Source: Eledone cirrhosa (lineage: Eukaryota). Taken from it: a DNA stretch of 64,000 nt. Under the pieces are notes generated by a model, which saw only the letters and a program-made list of their open reading frames with translations, made no database searches and was not told the DNA's origin. The DNA lies in the NCBI GenBank assembly GCA_964016885.1, contig OZ024741.1, forward strand, positions 200,198,001-200,262,000, written 5' to 3'. The stretch's first letter is position 1. Every line of letters starts with the position of its first letter. Positions 1 to 14,199 of this stretch are shown here, one piece after another. A program made the translations under genes and the position numbers.

Positions 1-753
1 ATATAATATATCTTAAAACTAGTTAATTAATTTACTTATTAAAATAACTTATACACACATAAATATATTTAACATTATCATATTTTCAACTTAATATCTA
101 TCCATATATTTAACAATTCTCAAAAACTATTCTCAATAATCTTAACTTGTTTAAATATTCTTCGTACATTTTTACTTCTTTTACATATTTATTTATTTAT
201 TTTCATCTTCACTTTTCACATATACCATTTTATATTATATTAGATGTAATTTGTTTATTTATTTATCTATTTATTTATTTATTTATTTATCTATCAATTT
301 TTTATATATTGTTTATATATTTTTTCATTTATTTCCTCATATATTTCTATATATTTATCTTTATTTTTATTTACATTTATTCGTATATTAACGTTTATTC
401 ATCTACCCCCCCCCCCCCACCTTCTTCTCTCTATCCTATTTCTACTTGTGTTTGTCTATCATATTCATCTATTTGTCCCTCCACATTCTTCTCTCTATCC
501 TACGTTATCTCTACTTGTGTTTGTCTATCATATTCTATACATCTTAATTTTAGTTGTAATAATATCTCCTTTTTCCTCTTCTTTCTCTATTTCTTTTTTC
601 TTTTTCCTTCTTCTTTCTTCTTCCTTTCCCTTCTCTCTTTACTATATCTATCTCCCTTCTTTTTTTCTTCTCTCTCTATATCTTTATTATTAATATTATT
701 ATTGATGTCGTAATTTGAATTTGTAAATTTGCCGGTTACATATATATTTTTTA

Positions 754-864
754 ACAGTTTCTGAAGATATGATGGAGCCAATATGTATTCTAAATTGAGT
801 GGCATTACTTTCAGTGTTTAGCAATTTTAAGACAACTCTATCAGTGAAACAATTGTTAGACTGT
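754..864 (+). ncRNA. Type I hammerhead ribozyme with long stem II insert (PLE pLTR-type)
   Basis: Stem I ACAGTTT/AGACTGT; core CTGAAGA 761-767; stem II TGATGGAG/CTCTATCA; GAAA 846-849; palindromic stem III CAATTG; GUU cleavage triplet. Confidence 0.75.
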
Positions 865-1251
865 AACTAAATCTCCTTTTTTGTACAGTTGACCATGTTA
901 TTCTCCACTTTTTCAATTTTATTACTCCAAGATAAACTTACATAGGAATACAAGTGAAATCATAAACTCATCGACGTAAACCTCTTGTTGAGTCATTCAA
1001 TGCCGTACGCTAAAACTATCCATAATAATAAGTATTCACAACCTCTAATTGGATTACCTATAACGATATCTTGTTATCCTTTATAATTTTAAATATATAT
1101 ATATATATATATATGAATGTATATATAGTGTATTTTGCAATACACTGTATGCTTAATTAAAAGAATTTTGAAGACCTTACGCTATTGTTTTAGAGTAGTG
1201 ACAGTCTCACTTACTTTACATTTTCAGCAAACGGGGGGGGGGGGGAGATAA

Positions 1252-1296
1252 AGCTGACAGAGCTCTGTTTCGTACTATTTGGTACTTATCAAAGCT
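1252..1296 (-). ncRNA. Hammerhead ribozyme, U3-A8 variant core
   Basis: Minus strand reads AGCT-TTGATAA-GTAC..GTAC-GAAA-CAGAGCTCTG-TC-AGCT. Confidence 0.7.
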
Positions 1297-1688
1297 AAGT
1301 ACTCCAGCTGTCTGCTGAAAATCATGAATGTTTGATTCTTATAGAATTCTAGTAATAATCAGGAACTGATTATGCAGAGCGGTTGCCGGTCAAGCAGAAA
1401 TTGAAAATTAGAATTGGTGCTCTGAAATAGCGATATATATATGAATGTATATATAGTGTATTTTGCAATACACTGTATGCTTAATTAAAAGCATTTTGAA
1501 GACATTACGCTATTGTTTTAGAGTAGTGACAGTTTCACTTACTTTAATAAATCGCTATTTCAGAACACCAATTCTAATTTTCAATTTCTGCTTGACCGGC
1601 AACCGCTCTGTATAATCAGTTCCTGATTATTACTAGAATTCTATAAGAATCAAACATTCATGATTTTCAGCAGACAGGTGGAGTACTT

Positions 1689-1733
1689 AGCTTTGATAAG
1701 TACCAAAAAGTACGAAACAGAGTTCTGTCAGCT
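1689..1733 (+). ncRNA. Hammerhead ribozyme, U3-A8 variant core (inverted copy)
   Basis: AGCT-TTGATAA-GTAC caaaaa GTAC-GAAA-CAG agtt CTG-TC-AGCT. Confidence 0.7.
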
Positions 1734-1833
1734 TTATCTCCCCCTGTTTGCTGAAAATTTAAAGTAAGTGAGACTGTCACTACTCTAAAACAATAGCGTA
1801 AGGTTTTCAAAATGCTTTTAATGAAGCATACAG

Positions 1834-4333
<2,500 letters not shown>

Positions 4334-4335
4334 GC

Positions 4336-4435
4336 AAAGTGTCTTGCTCAAGGACAACGCATCACCAGGTCTGAGAATCGAACACACAACAACCATTCAA
4401 TTGCAAGCCATATGCTCTAACTACTAAGCTATGCA
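4336..4435 (-). mobile_element. tRNA-derived SINE fragment (second family)
   Basis: Reverse complement contains GTTCGATTC B-box and TCCTTGAGCAAGACACTT, shared with 28105-28320. Confidence 0.65.
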
Positions 4436-4449
4436 CATTTATAGACACG

Positions 4450-4481
<32 letters not shown>

Positions 4482-4529
4482 AACATATATGTATATATAC
4501 ATATATATGTGTATGTGTATATATATATA

Positions 4530-4581
<52 letters not shown>

Positions 4582-4623
4582 TGTATATATACATATATAT
4601 GTGTGTGTGTATATATATATATA

Positions 4624-4677
<54 letters not shown>

Positions 4678-4689
4678 ATATATATATAG

Positions 4690-5528
4690 TGGTAGAACAC
4701 TGGAAGGTAATATCCGTAGTGGTAGAGCACTCAGTCCATGGGACAAGTTAAGTAGAAGTGGTTACACAACAGTTAGTTCACCATACCGAGAACAATGCTC
4801 ATAATGGACATGGTTATACGGAACAGGAAGGACACCCGTATGCGCAGAAACGGTCACTTCACTCAGGCAATACTAAATTGCATGCGAGAGGTGTAAGGGA
4901 GATAACTGCGAAAGTCCGAAAGTTTCTAGTTGATAAGAAAATTAGGATGTTGTTGTAATTCAATCCGGAGCTTTATAGATATGTAAGAGGCGTTTCCAGA
5001 CGTGTGGACAACGTGTGAAGAATTCATTTCTTGAGTTTAGGCAATCGCTATTGCGTAATCTCTTTAGAATATTTATTCGTTCATTAATACATAGTCCACA
5101 CGACGGATTTCCCCTTGCGTATGGCTTGGACTTAGTGATGTCTTTCCATTGAATGGAGTAGTCTATACTTGAGTCCTTGAAGGACCATACGTGGCTCGCG
5201 AGTTTCGTGGATGAACGTCTGTCCGGGTACCTAAAGGTCGACTGGTGGTTCAGGAAGCGTTCTTTAAATCGGCCCTCCACCATACCCACATAGGATTTGA
5301 CCTTCTGGGGTTGATTTGGTCGGTTGGAAGTGACCACAGCTTCATAAACTACAGCGGGTGTGTTGCATTGCTGTTGAAGGGGACAAGCTTTGGGCTTACG
5401 GCAAGAGCACCCTGGTGGGGGTGTTGCTCTTAGCGCTGTTGGTGATGTGGGCCTTCATGTTCTTAGCGCAGGAGTATCCTAGTTTTACTTTGTGTTGGTT
5501 AAAGATGGAGCGGTATTTATGACCTATA
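4690..5528 (-). mobile_element. Naiad-like PLE 3' fragment (GIY-YIG)
   Basis: Translation gives CSCRKPKACPLQQQC linker, VVY..YVG..FKERFLNH, CGLC..LN..CPH. Confidence 0.85.
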
Positions 5529-5529
5529 G

Positions 5530-8500
5530 TTGCTGTGCTGATTGCTGTGCTCGCTTGACAGAGGACTGTGAGCGCCTGAGCACATTCAATGTGCCAGGCG
5601 CCCATTTTCTTCCGTCTCCGCTTGACCCAGGACTGCAGCTCCGCCAGCGAGGCAAGTTGCGGGAAGGCCTGTCTCACAAACGGAGCCCACACCGGTTGGT
5701 CGGTAAGGAATACCTGGAGATGCCGTAGCCTCAGAGCGTGTTTGCGCATCATCAGCCACGGAATTCCCAGCCCTCCGTTGGAAGGGTGCTGGCAGCAGAC
5801 GGTTCTCTTCACCAGTTGAGCCTGCTTCTTCCAAAGGAATTGGAAGAGCATGCGTTCCATCTTGGTGAAGTATTCACGGGGACAAGGCATGACGGTCAAG
5901 CGGTAGTAGATGACGGACGCTATGAAAGTGTTCGCCACCTTCGCTCGACCTTTCAAGGATAGTTTGCACTCTGCCCACTTCTGGGTGAGCGCAAATACCT
6001 TGGCCGTGACCTCGTTCCAGTTTTTCTCCACCTGGAGGTCCGGACCGAACTAGACCCCGAGCAATTCACCGGTCCTTCCGTCCAGCGTCCGACCACGCTG
6101 TCGGACGGCATCGGTTTGCCTCTCCACGTTCCGAGTTGCAAACCGACAGATTTGTCCGGGTTGAATTTTGCTCTTGTGGGCCTTTCGTATTCCTGCAGTA
6201 AGTTGCCGATCGCCCCGATTTCGAGGTTTTCGACACCATTACTGTGACGTCGTCGGCGTAAGCCGACGCCGCTTTCCGCAGTCCCGATTTCAACGGAATG
6301 CCCTGCAAAAGCTCCAACTTCCACAGTAGTGGCTCTAGAGTCAATACGTACAGAATAGAAGTGCGAGGGCATCCTTGTCGAATGGAACGCGTGATTGCGA
6401 ACGGCTCCGATAGGTAGACGTTCACCTTGACTGTCGAGTAGATGTTGATGTGCATGGCTGTGATCCAGCCTCTAAAGACGGGTTCGAAACCGTCCGCCTT
6501 GAGAACCGCTTCCAAGTATCGATGGTCGACCCTATCGAACGCCTTAGACTGATCTAAATTGATCAGAGCTCCACCGAAGCCGGGTTTACACTCCACCCTC
6601 TCTATGATGTATAGCATAAGGTGGAGGCTGTCGTGTATGGACCTGGTTGGAATTGCACACATTTGAGCTTTTCCCACCACGTTCTCGACGAAAGCGCCAG
6701 CCGCGTTGCTAACACCTTGGCCAAAAACCTTTAACTCTGTATTTAGGAGAGTTTTGGGCCTAAAGTTGCTTATTTCACACCCTTGTTCTCGTCTTTCCTG
6801 ATCAGCGTTACTACGCCCCTGCCTGCAGAACCGGGAATTCTCCCGTTCTGCTGCCAGTTGCAGTAGACGGCTTCGAGGAGCCCAGAGAACAAGTCCGGCA
6901 TGCCTATGTAAAATTCATAGGCTAGACCATCTACACCGGGTGATTTGCGTTTCCCGCAGCGACCCAGAGCGTCCCGTATCTCGGTGGCTGTGAGCGGTCT
7001 TTCGCAGAACTCGGCGTCCATGCTCGAGAGACGCGGCAGGCCGTCGAGGTATGAACCGAAGTCCATTACCTGGTTTGGCGCACTGCTCTGCTAAAACAGT
7101 TGCTCAAAGTGCCGCTGAAATGCCGTGCACATCTGTCTGGAATCAAGTAGCACGCATCGTTCTGGTCTTTCAAAGACCGAATCCTGGACTTGTTGCCACT
7201 TTTCGCCTCTGCCACTCAGGCCCATCTAACAGCTTTTGCTCCCTCGTTTCCTAGAGCACGTGATCTACTCCAGACCACGCAGCCTTCGTGTTTCACATCA
7301 AAGAACTGGTTTACTGCCGTTCTCGTTGCTAGCACTCTAGCTGCGTTGCCACTCCTAAGCGCCTCCTCTACCTTGGCTACTAGTTCTTTTTCTGTTTTGT
7401 CTTTCTCTTTGCTAAAAGCTATGGACTATACTCTAATTGCTCTCTTGAGAGACTACCACTACCTATTGTTGATGATGGCTCCCGTCAACTGTTGCTTAAC
7501 TAAACTACTTATCCGTTTACTGTAGGCTTTACGCGTCGGTAAGGCCATATTCAGCTTCCAGTATCCGGGACCTTGTCTATGCCTTCTATCGTGGTTGACT
7601 ATGCAGGTGACTAGTTTGTGGTCTGAATAGGCAACCATGTACATTTGTGGACAGCTTAACATTTTCCTGTCTCTCTCTCTTATTAGAACCTATCTAAATA
7701 CGATCTAGATGTCCCGCTACGATTTGTCCACGTCCACTGTGCAGTCGGGAAATCTAGTCGATACCTATCGGCCTGTTGGAATTGGCTGATTTAAGTTTTG
7801 AGGCTGTTGCACTCCCCTCTACTTGGACATGTTCCTACATAGTCCCAACGTGCGTCTCGGATACCATTGCAGTCCCCCACTAAAAGCAAGGAGCGAGACG
7901 TTCCCAGAAAAGACTCTAGATGCTTACAGAAATCTGGCCGCGATGTCCCAGTCGGGATAAACGGCCATCAGTCTGAAGGCTCCACCTCCAACATTGTTCA
8001 CGTCTAGGACTACCTGTCTACCCTCCGGGTCCAAGTGTATTTGCTGTATTTGCAGGTCCAGGTTTTTCCGGAACATAACTGCCACTCCCCCTCCACCTCC
8101 TGGCTGACAGATAGATACGTAGATCTCAAAGTCATTAAAGATGGGGGTTAGTTGCTGCTTGTTGTGGATCCTGAACTCGGTGATGGCTATCAGATCCATA
8201 CCGTGTGACCTAAGGTCGTTTAAAAATTGGCCCTGTTTCTAGGGCATCCCTAGGCCACGCACATTCACACGTCCAACTCGTAGATTAGCCATGTTGGTGG
8301 AGAAGAATTGGCGAAAAAGGACGAAAAAATGCACTTACCGTTTCCTGGAGATCGGGTTGTTCAATATCCATTTGGGTGCTGGTGGGGGTGTTGGGTGGGT
8401 GGGGAAACATTTTAATAGGACGCAGTTTATGGGTTTTTGGCAGAGGTTTCCGACGTCCTGCGAAAATTCATTTTTCAGTTTGTTATAAGTTTCCATTGGA

Positions 8501-9240
8501 ACTCTTATCATTTTCAGGTGTGGTGCTGATCCTGATTTCACGAAATTTTCTGCTTGGTCTCCACTTTGGTGTCTTTGGAGATGACCCCCATCAGGTTTTT
8601 GTTGTTGGTGTTGATGTATGCGTACTGTTGTTTGTGTTTTTGTTGTGTTGTTTTTGTTTGTTGTTCATCTGGGAGTTTTCTTTTTATAGTGGGTGTTTGT
8701 GTTTAGGGTGGTGTTGGTGTTTGTTTTGCTGGTAGGGGGAGGTTTGATTGTGGTGTTGTTTGTGTTGTTGTTTGTATCGGTGGTTGTGTGTTTGTGTTGG
8801 TGATTGGTGTTTTGTGGCTTTGCGGTGTTTCTTTCTTTGTTTTTTTTTTATTTCCGAGGCTCTCCTTCATCATCACTTGGGGCTGGAGATGAATCGTCAT
8901 CAGGGGTGTGTGGGAGGGGTATGTTGTGTGGTGATGGTGTTTTGTGTGTGTGTGGTTGTGGTAGTGTTGGGTGGAGTGGGATGGGGCGGGACTGTGTTCT
9001 TCAGGGGAGTTTTCTGTGTTTTTTCTGTTGTTTGTGGTTGAGATGTTTGTTTTTGTGTGTTTTCTTGTTTTGTGTATTGTTGTTGTTGTTGTTGTTGTGG
9101 TAGTGGTTTTGGTGTTGGTGTTGGTAAGAGTACTTTTTTTTCTATGTTTAAAAGTGTGTCTGTAAGGGTGGGGTGGGGGGGGGGGGGCTTTAAATGTGAT
9201 GTACTGGAACATCGAAAGCAGTGCGGCCGCCCCATTCAGT
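5530..9240 (-). mobile_element. Degenerate L1/Tx1-clade LINE (ORF1 end, APE, RT)
   Basis: RPHCFRC..HL knuckle; APE pieces (AITE, SDHK, PGYWKLN); RT pieces KSPGVDG, DQSKAFDRVDH, RQGCP, AYADD, GGLG; homologous to 46062-51972. Confidence 0.9.
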
Positions 9241-9352
9241 AGAAATGTTAGTTAGGTAGCGAGTTGGCGAGAATTCCCATGCTGGTTATTCTTGGAGTAA
9301 TAGTAGTGCTATTCTTCACTCTTTCACTATATATATAAATATATATATACTT

Positions 9353-9403
<51 letters not shown>

Positions 9404-9690
9404 ATATATGATATATATGTATGTATATATATATGTATATATATATGTATATATATATATATATATGTTCTTGGGCAAGACATTTTGTTTCACGTTGGTG
9501 CTTCTATCTGGAGTTGCAACCGATAGATAGTATTAGCTATTGGAAAGGCCACTGGAATCGTTTCCTCGGTTCGATTTGACGATATTCGATCGACTGCCGA
9601 TATATATATATATATATACACACACATACACACATACATACATACATACATACATACATACATACATACATACATACATACATACATACA

Positions 9691-9721
<31 letters not shown>

Positions 9722-9789
9722 GTATGTGTGTGTGTCTGTATATATATATATATATATAATAAATATAATCCGAGTTTTTCGAATATTAA

Positions 9790-9979
9790 CAATTGTTTCT
9801 ACTTTTGGCACAAGGCCAGCAATTATCCCAGTACATTACTGTTACTTTATTTTATCGACCACGTAAGGATGAAAGGCAAAGTTAACCTCGGCGGGATTTG
9901 AGCTCAGTTCGTAAAGGGACGTAACTATGCTGGAAAGGATGTCGTCGAACCCTCTACCGATACTGCCAATCCACCGCCC
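9790..9979 (-). mobile_element. tRNA-headed SINE (major family) with TSD
   Basis: A-box TGGCAGTATCGGTAG and degenerate B-box on minus strand; TSD CGAATATTAA at 9780-9789 and 9981-9990. Confidence 0.9.
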
Positions 9980-10094
9980 TCGAATATTAATAACAACATT
10001 CGATTCGTTTGCAATTATGCAAACAAGCCTCATTTTTAAAGCCATGTCAGTAGAATGAGCCCCTCATTCTTGCTCTTGTGTTGGCATGCAAACA

Positions 10095-10144
10095 GAACTG
10101 CAGACACTAATGTTTCTGGGTATCACCCTTCATCAGTACAGTTC
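10095..10144 (-). ncRNA. Type I hammerhead ribozyme, canonical core
   Basis: GAACTGTA-CTGATGA-a-GGGT gat ACCC-a-GAAA-CA ttag TG-TC-TGCAGTTC; 8-bp stem I; GUC site. Confidence 0.88.
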
Positions 10145-10528
10145 ACTGTTCACCTGCCAACTGTCAGAACTGGTGAAAATATATATTTTCTAAATATACA
10201 GTGACTGATCGGCCAGATTTGTATATTAGCAGACCAGCTGATCAGTCAGATCTGCATATTAGTAGATCCATTGATCAGCTAGATTTGCATATCAGTAGAC
10301 TGGCCAGTCAGTTTCCTGTATACGAGCGATTAAAGGCCGGCTTTGCCATCTTCAAATGGAAAAAATACTTTCGCTCTACATGGCTGAATACAATAAATAT
10401 AATCTGAGTTTTTTCGAATATTAATAATAATATTTGATTCGTTTGCAATTATGCAAACAAGCCTCATTTTTAAAGCCATGTTAGTAGAATGGGCCCCTCA
10501 TTCTTGCTCTTGTGTTGGCATGTAAATA

Positions 10529-10578
10529 GAACTGCAGACACTAATGTTTCTGTGTATTACCTTTCATCAGTACAGTTC
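10529..10578 (-). ncRNA. Type I hammerhead ribozyme, second copy (weakened stem II)
   Basis: Same stems I/III and core as 10095-10144; stem II AGGTAATACAC has two mismatches. Confidence 0.7.
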
Positions 10579-10836
10579 ACTGTTCACCTGCCAACTGAAT
10601 TTGGAAAATAAACTTGAATAGTAAATTAAAATGAGAAGAAATAAAAACGTGTTTATATGTTTGAATGAAGAAAACGGGGAGGAATAACAGAAATACAAGA
10701 TATTTAAAAAAGGATTGGTTGCGGACCAAAGAAAAAACGCCACTGCCATATTCCACTGACGAATATGGAATTGACGAACATGGAACCAGCCAGGAGCAAA
10801 TGACCATGCAAATACACTCATAATTACACACACACA

Positions 10837-11007
<171 letters not shown>

Positions 11008-11026
11008 GTATATATATGTATGTATG

Positions 11027-11057
<31 letters not shown>

Positions 11058-11109
11058 CTGTGTGTGTGTGTATATACATATATGTGTATATATATATATA
11101 TTATATGTG

Positions 11110-11149
<40 letters not shown>

Positions 11150-11152
<3 letters not shown>

Positions 11153-13044
11153 GATAACAAGTTATCGTTTTAGGTAATCCAGTTAGAGGTTGTGAGTACT
11201 CTGTACTATGGATAGTTTTAATGTATGGCGTTGTTTGACTCAACAAGAGGTTTCCTTAGTTAGGTGGCGAGCTTGCGAGAATTCCCATGTAGGTTATTCT
11301 TGGAGTAATAGTAGTGAAAGAGTGAAGAATAACATAGTCGGCTGTACAAAAAGGGTTTTATTTACAATATTAACAATTGTTTCACTGATCAGGTGAGTCT
11401 AAAGGCCGCTAATCACTCGAGATTGCGTCACTCGACCTTAAATACAGTGTGTCTCTGATCAAATCATCGGAATACTGGAGGGTGTAACAAATGGCATTGG
11501 TATTTATAGATACATCGGAGAATCAAGTGAATGAAAACAATAACATCAATAATAAAAGATAATAATAAAGAAGTTAGAATGAAAATGATAAAGATATAAA
11601 AAATAAGTAAAAAATAAGTACAGAATACGATTGCTGATAATAGTAGTGGTGGTGGTGGTGGTAGTTGAAGTTATAATGGTGAGTAAGTGGATGTGTAAAA
11701 TAGTGATGACGATAAAGATAACAATAAAATTAAAAGAAATACTAAATACATGATATGTAGTATAAATGCAAGAGGTATTATCAAATCTCAGAGGATTAAA
11801 ATAAAAAATGAAAAAATTAAAAAATAACAGATAAAAGATGAAAAATAATAAATAAAAAATAAGTAAGAGAGGAAGAGATAAGGGGCAGTTGGTCAGTTGA
11901 CAGCTAATAACAGTGGGGATGTGTGGAGCTAGTACATTAAAACCCGGGTGGTTCTGCTTGAATTCTGAGATTGCTGGATCGAATCATGCCGGTTTGAAAT
12001 TAGAGAACTTGGTAGCTGCTTTGTGCCTACAGAAAATTGATCGTTCTATTCTGTTGTTAAGCAGCATTTTATCATACTTTAAAATATAGAGCAACTCCAT
12101 ATTGCAGAGTCCGCAGTGGGACATTCCATTATTGTAGGCCCTTGCACTCGATAACTTCGACCAGCTAATTCCATATTCCTGGTTGGTGTCCTTAAGCTGC
12201 CAGATCTTATTGGCCAGCGTCGTTGAGTTCTCTAGTCTACGTTTTTTTTATAGAATGTCTATGTACATACCATCTTTTTTTGAATTCCACAGCAGTAGAA
12301 CCTATGTAGTGCCATGCTAAGTTTCCTGATTTGATAGTACACAGGTACACTATACTTGATTCCATGCATCTATTTTGTAGTGGGCATTTATCCGGCAGGT
12401 GGCAGTTATACTTGGAGGCCTTCCTGTGTGCAGGTTCTCCGTTGCAGTTTTGTATGTTGTTAGGGATGGGCTGAGATTTAGGTTTATTGATGTTTTGTTG
12501 CGATGTATCCTGACGTGTGTGTGGTTGTGATGTTGTTATGTGTTTGCGTTTTGTATTTGGTGCTATGATGTATGTTGGTAGGTTATTTTCCTTAGAGATT
12601 CTTCTATAGTTTTTTTTATGTTTGTGTGATTCTATGTTGGCTGCAATAGAGTAAGAGAGTTTGATAGTTTTTCTGTTAAAGATTCTATGGTATTTGTGTA
12701 GTTTAGGGAAGTGTTTGTCAATTAGCTTAAAGTTGTAGAAGGTAGTTTTGTTTTTATAGAGGAGTTGAATATTGGATTGAACCATAAGTATTTCCTGTCT
12801 CTGAATTTTCTGTAGTTCTTAAGGGTCCTTATATTAGTGTTCGGTTCGGTTATTTCTGGTGGTCGTTGCCTATTTCCATGTTTAGTTCTATATTTGTTAT
12901 TCCTATAGGTACGGGTAGTGTAGTTGTCGTTAGGTTTGTAGTTGCTGCCTCTATCTGGTATGTATTTGAGCCCCTCCTTGTGGCCTGCTTATGTAAAGCT
13001 ATGTTATAGTAGTTTGCGTGTTCGTTAAAAATCTCTAGGTTAGA

Positions 13045-13047
<3 letters not shown>
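11150..13047 (-). mobile_element. Naiad-like PLE 3' half with long 3' UTR/pLTR
   Basis: HFP..HKYHRIFNR.TIKLSYS, YNC..CPL..C, IVY..YIG..FKKRWYVH, then CGLC..LLN..CRH near 12020; bounded by (TA)n on both sides. Confidence 0.85.
11365..11477 (-). ncRNA. Hammerhead ribozyme, U4C core, long stem II
   Basis: CAGTATT-CCGATGA-tt-TGATCAG...CTGATCA-gt-GAAA-CAATTG-TT-AATATTG. Confidence 0.65.
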
Positions 13048-13084
<37 letters not shown>

Positions 13085-13226
13085 TTTGAGTATATGTTGG
13101 TTGTTTACCGACACCTCAGTATGCAGATTGGAGCACTCGACGAAGTACGCAGGTTGGTTTGTTTACTCCAGAGTAATGTAGTCAAATATATAAAATTTGG
13201 CTTCGTTTATTATAAATTATAAATAT

Positions 13227-13281
13227 ACTGCTATATATATTTCGGTGACAGCCATCATTGGCTGTGACCTCTTCAGGCAGT
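13227..13281 (-). ncRNA. Hammerhead ribozyme
   Basis: ACTGC-CTGAAGA-GGT..ACAGCC aatgat GGCTGT..ACC-GAAA-TATATA-TA-GCAGT. Confidence 0.85.
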
Positions 13282-13536
13282 CCGAATTTGTGTGGGAAAG
13301 ACAGGTACACATGTTGTTGAAGTGTGTTTTACTCCGTCAATACATCGATATGTCCAACTCCTGGTTGTGTTGTTATTTCTCTGAGGAACTGGAATCATGA
13401 TTCCAATTCCGAATTGGTGTGGGAAAGCAGTCTGAATTGGTGTGGGAAAGACAGGTACACATGTTGTTGAAGTGTGTTTTACTCCGTCAATACATCAATA
13501 TGTCCAGCTCCTGGTTGTGTTGTTATTACTCTGAGG

Positions 13537-13591
13537 ACTGCCTGAAGAGGTCACAGCCAATGATGGCTGTCACCGAAATATATATAGCAGT
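13537..13591 (+). ncRNA. Hammerhead ribozyme (inverted copy)
   Basis: Same motif as 13227-13281 on the plus strand. Confidence 0.85.
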
Positions 13592-13638
13592 ATATCTATA
13601 ATTTATAATAAACGAAGCCAAATTTTACGTATTTGACT

Positions 13639-13818
13639 TGGCAGTATCAGTAGAGGGTCGGACGCCATGCTTTCCAGCATAGTTACGTCCCTTTACGATC
13701 TGAGTTCAAATCCCGCCGAGGTTGACTTTGCCTTTCATCCTTACGAGGTTGATAAAATAAAGTACCAGTAATGCACTGGGTAATTGCTGGCCTTGTGCCT
13801 AAAGTAGAAACAATTATT
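13639..13818 (+). mobile_element. tRNA-headed SINE (major family)
   Basis: TGGCAGTATC..GAGTTCAAATCCC..GATAAAATAAAGTACCAGT..AAACAATTATT. Confidence 0.9.
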
Positions 13819-14199
13819 CTAAATATATATATATATATATATATATTGTTATACATACACAAACACACATTGTACATTTGTTTTCTTCCTCTTTTCTTCA
13901 AAAATAAAGGGGAGGGGAATTAATTCCCAGCTCTCTCGTTTCTCCTAATGTTTCATCTATCTTATTGTTGTTCTTTCTTTTCCATTGAATTTGCTAACTT
14001 TAAGTGCCTTCTCTCCCGGTTTTCAAATCAAATTTGTATACAAGCATGACTTACCTACATACTCCATCTATTCTTCTCCCCCTCTATCCCTCCTCACTCC
14101 AATCCTCCCATTCATACCACATTACCCCTTTCTACTTTTCCCTCACTCCAACCCCATACACACCTACACGCTCTCCCTATTTTCAATTTTCTGCCTCGA

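Larger units (their letters stand above)
9757..10597 (-). mobile_element. Retrozyme-like non-coding unit: two ~205-bp HHR-bearing direct repeats around a ~225-bp core
   Basis: 9757-10167 (minus the inserted SINE) repeats at about 10393-10597; HHR period is 434 bp; no credible ORF. Confidence 0.65.
13180..13638. mobile_element. Non-coding element: ~104-bp inverted HHR-containing arms around a ~110-bp direct duplication
   Basis: 13180-13283 is the reverse complement of 13535-13638; 13277-13388 repeats at 13427-13537. Confidence 0.8.

Noticed and set aside
147-713. 188-aa hydrophobic ORF
   Set aside because: Low-complexity T-rich sequence typical of a PLE 3' UTR upstream of an HHR; no domain features
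13639-13730. tRNA genes suggested by A/B boxes
   Set aside because: These are SINE heads with a constant downstream body and tail, not cloverleaf tRNAs
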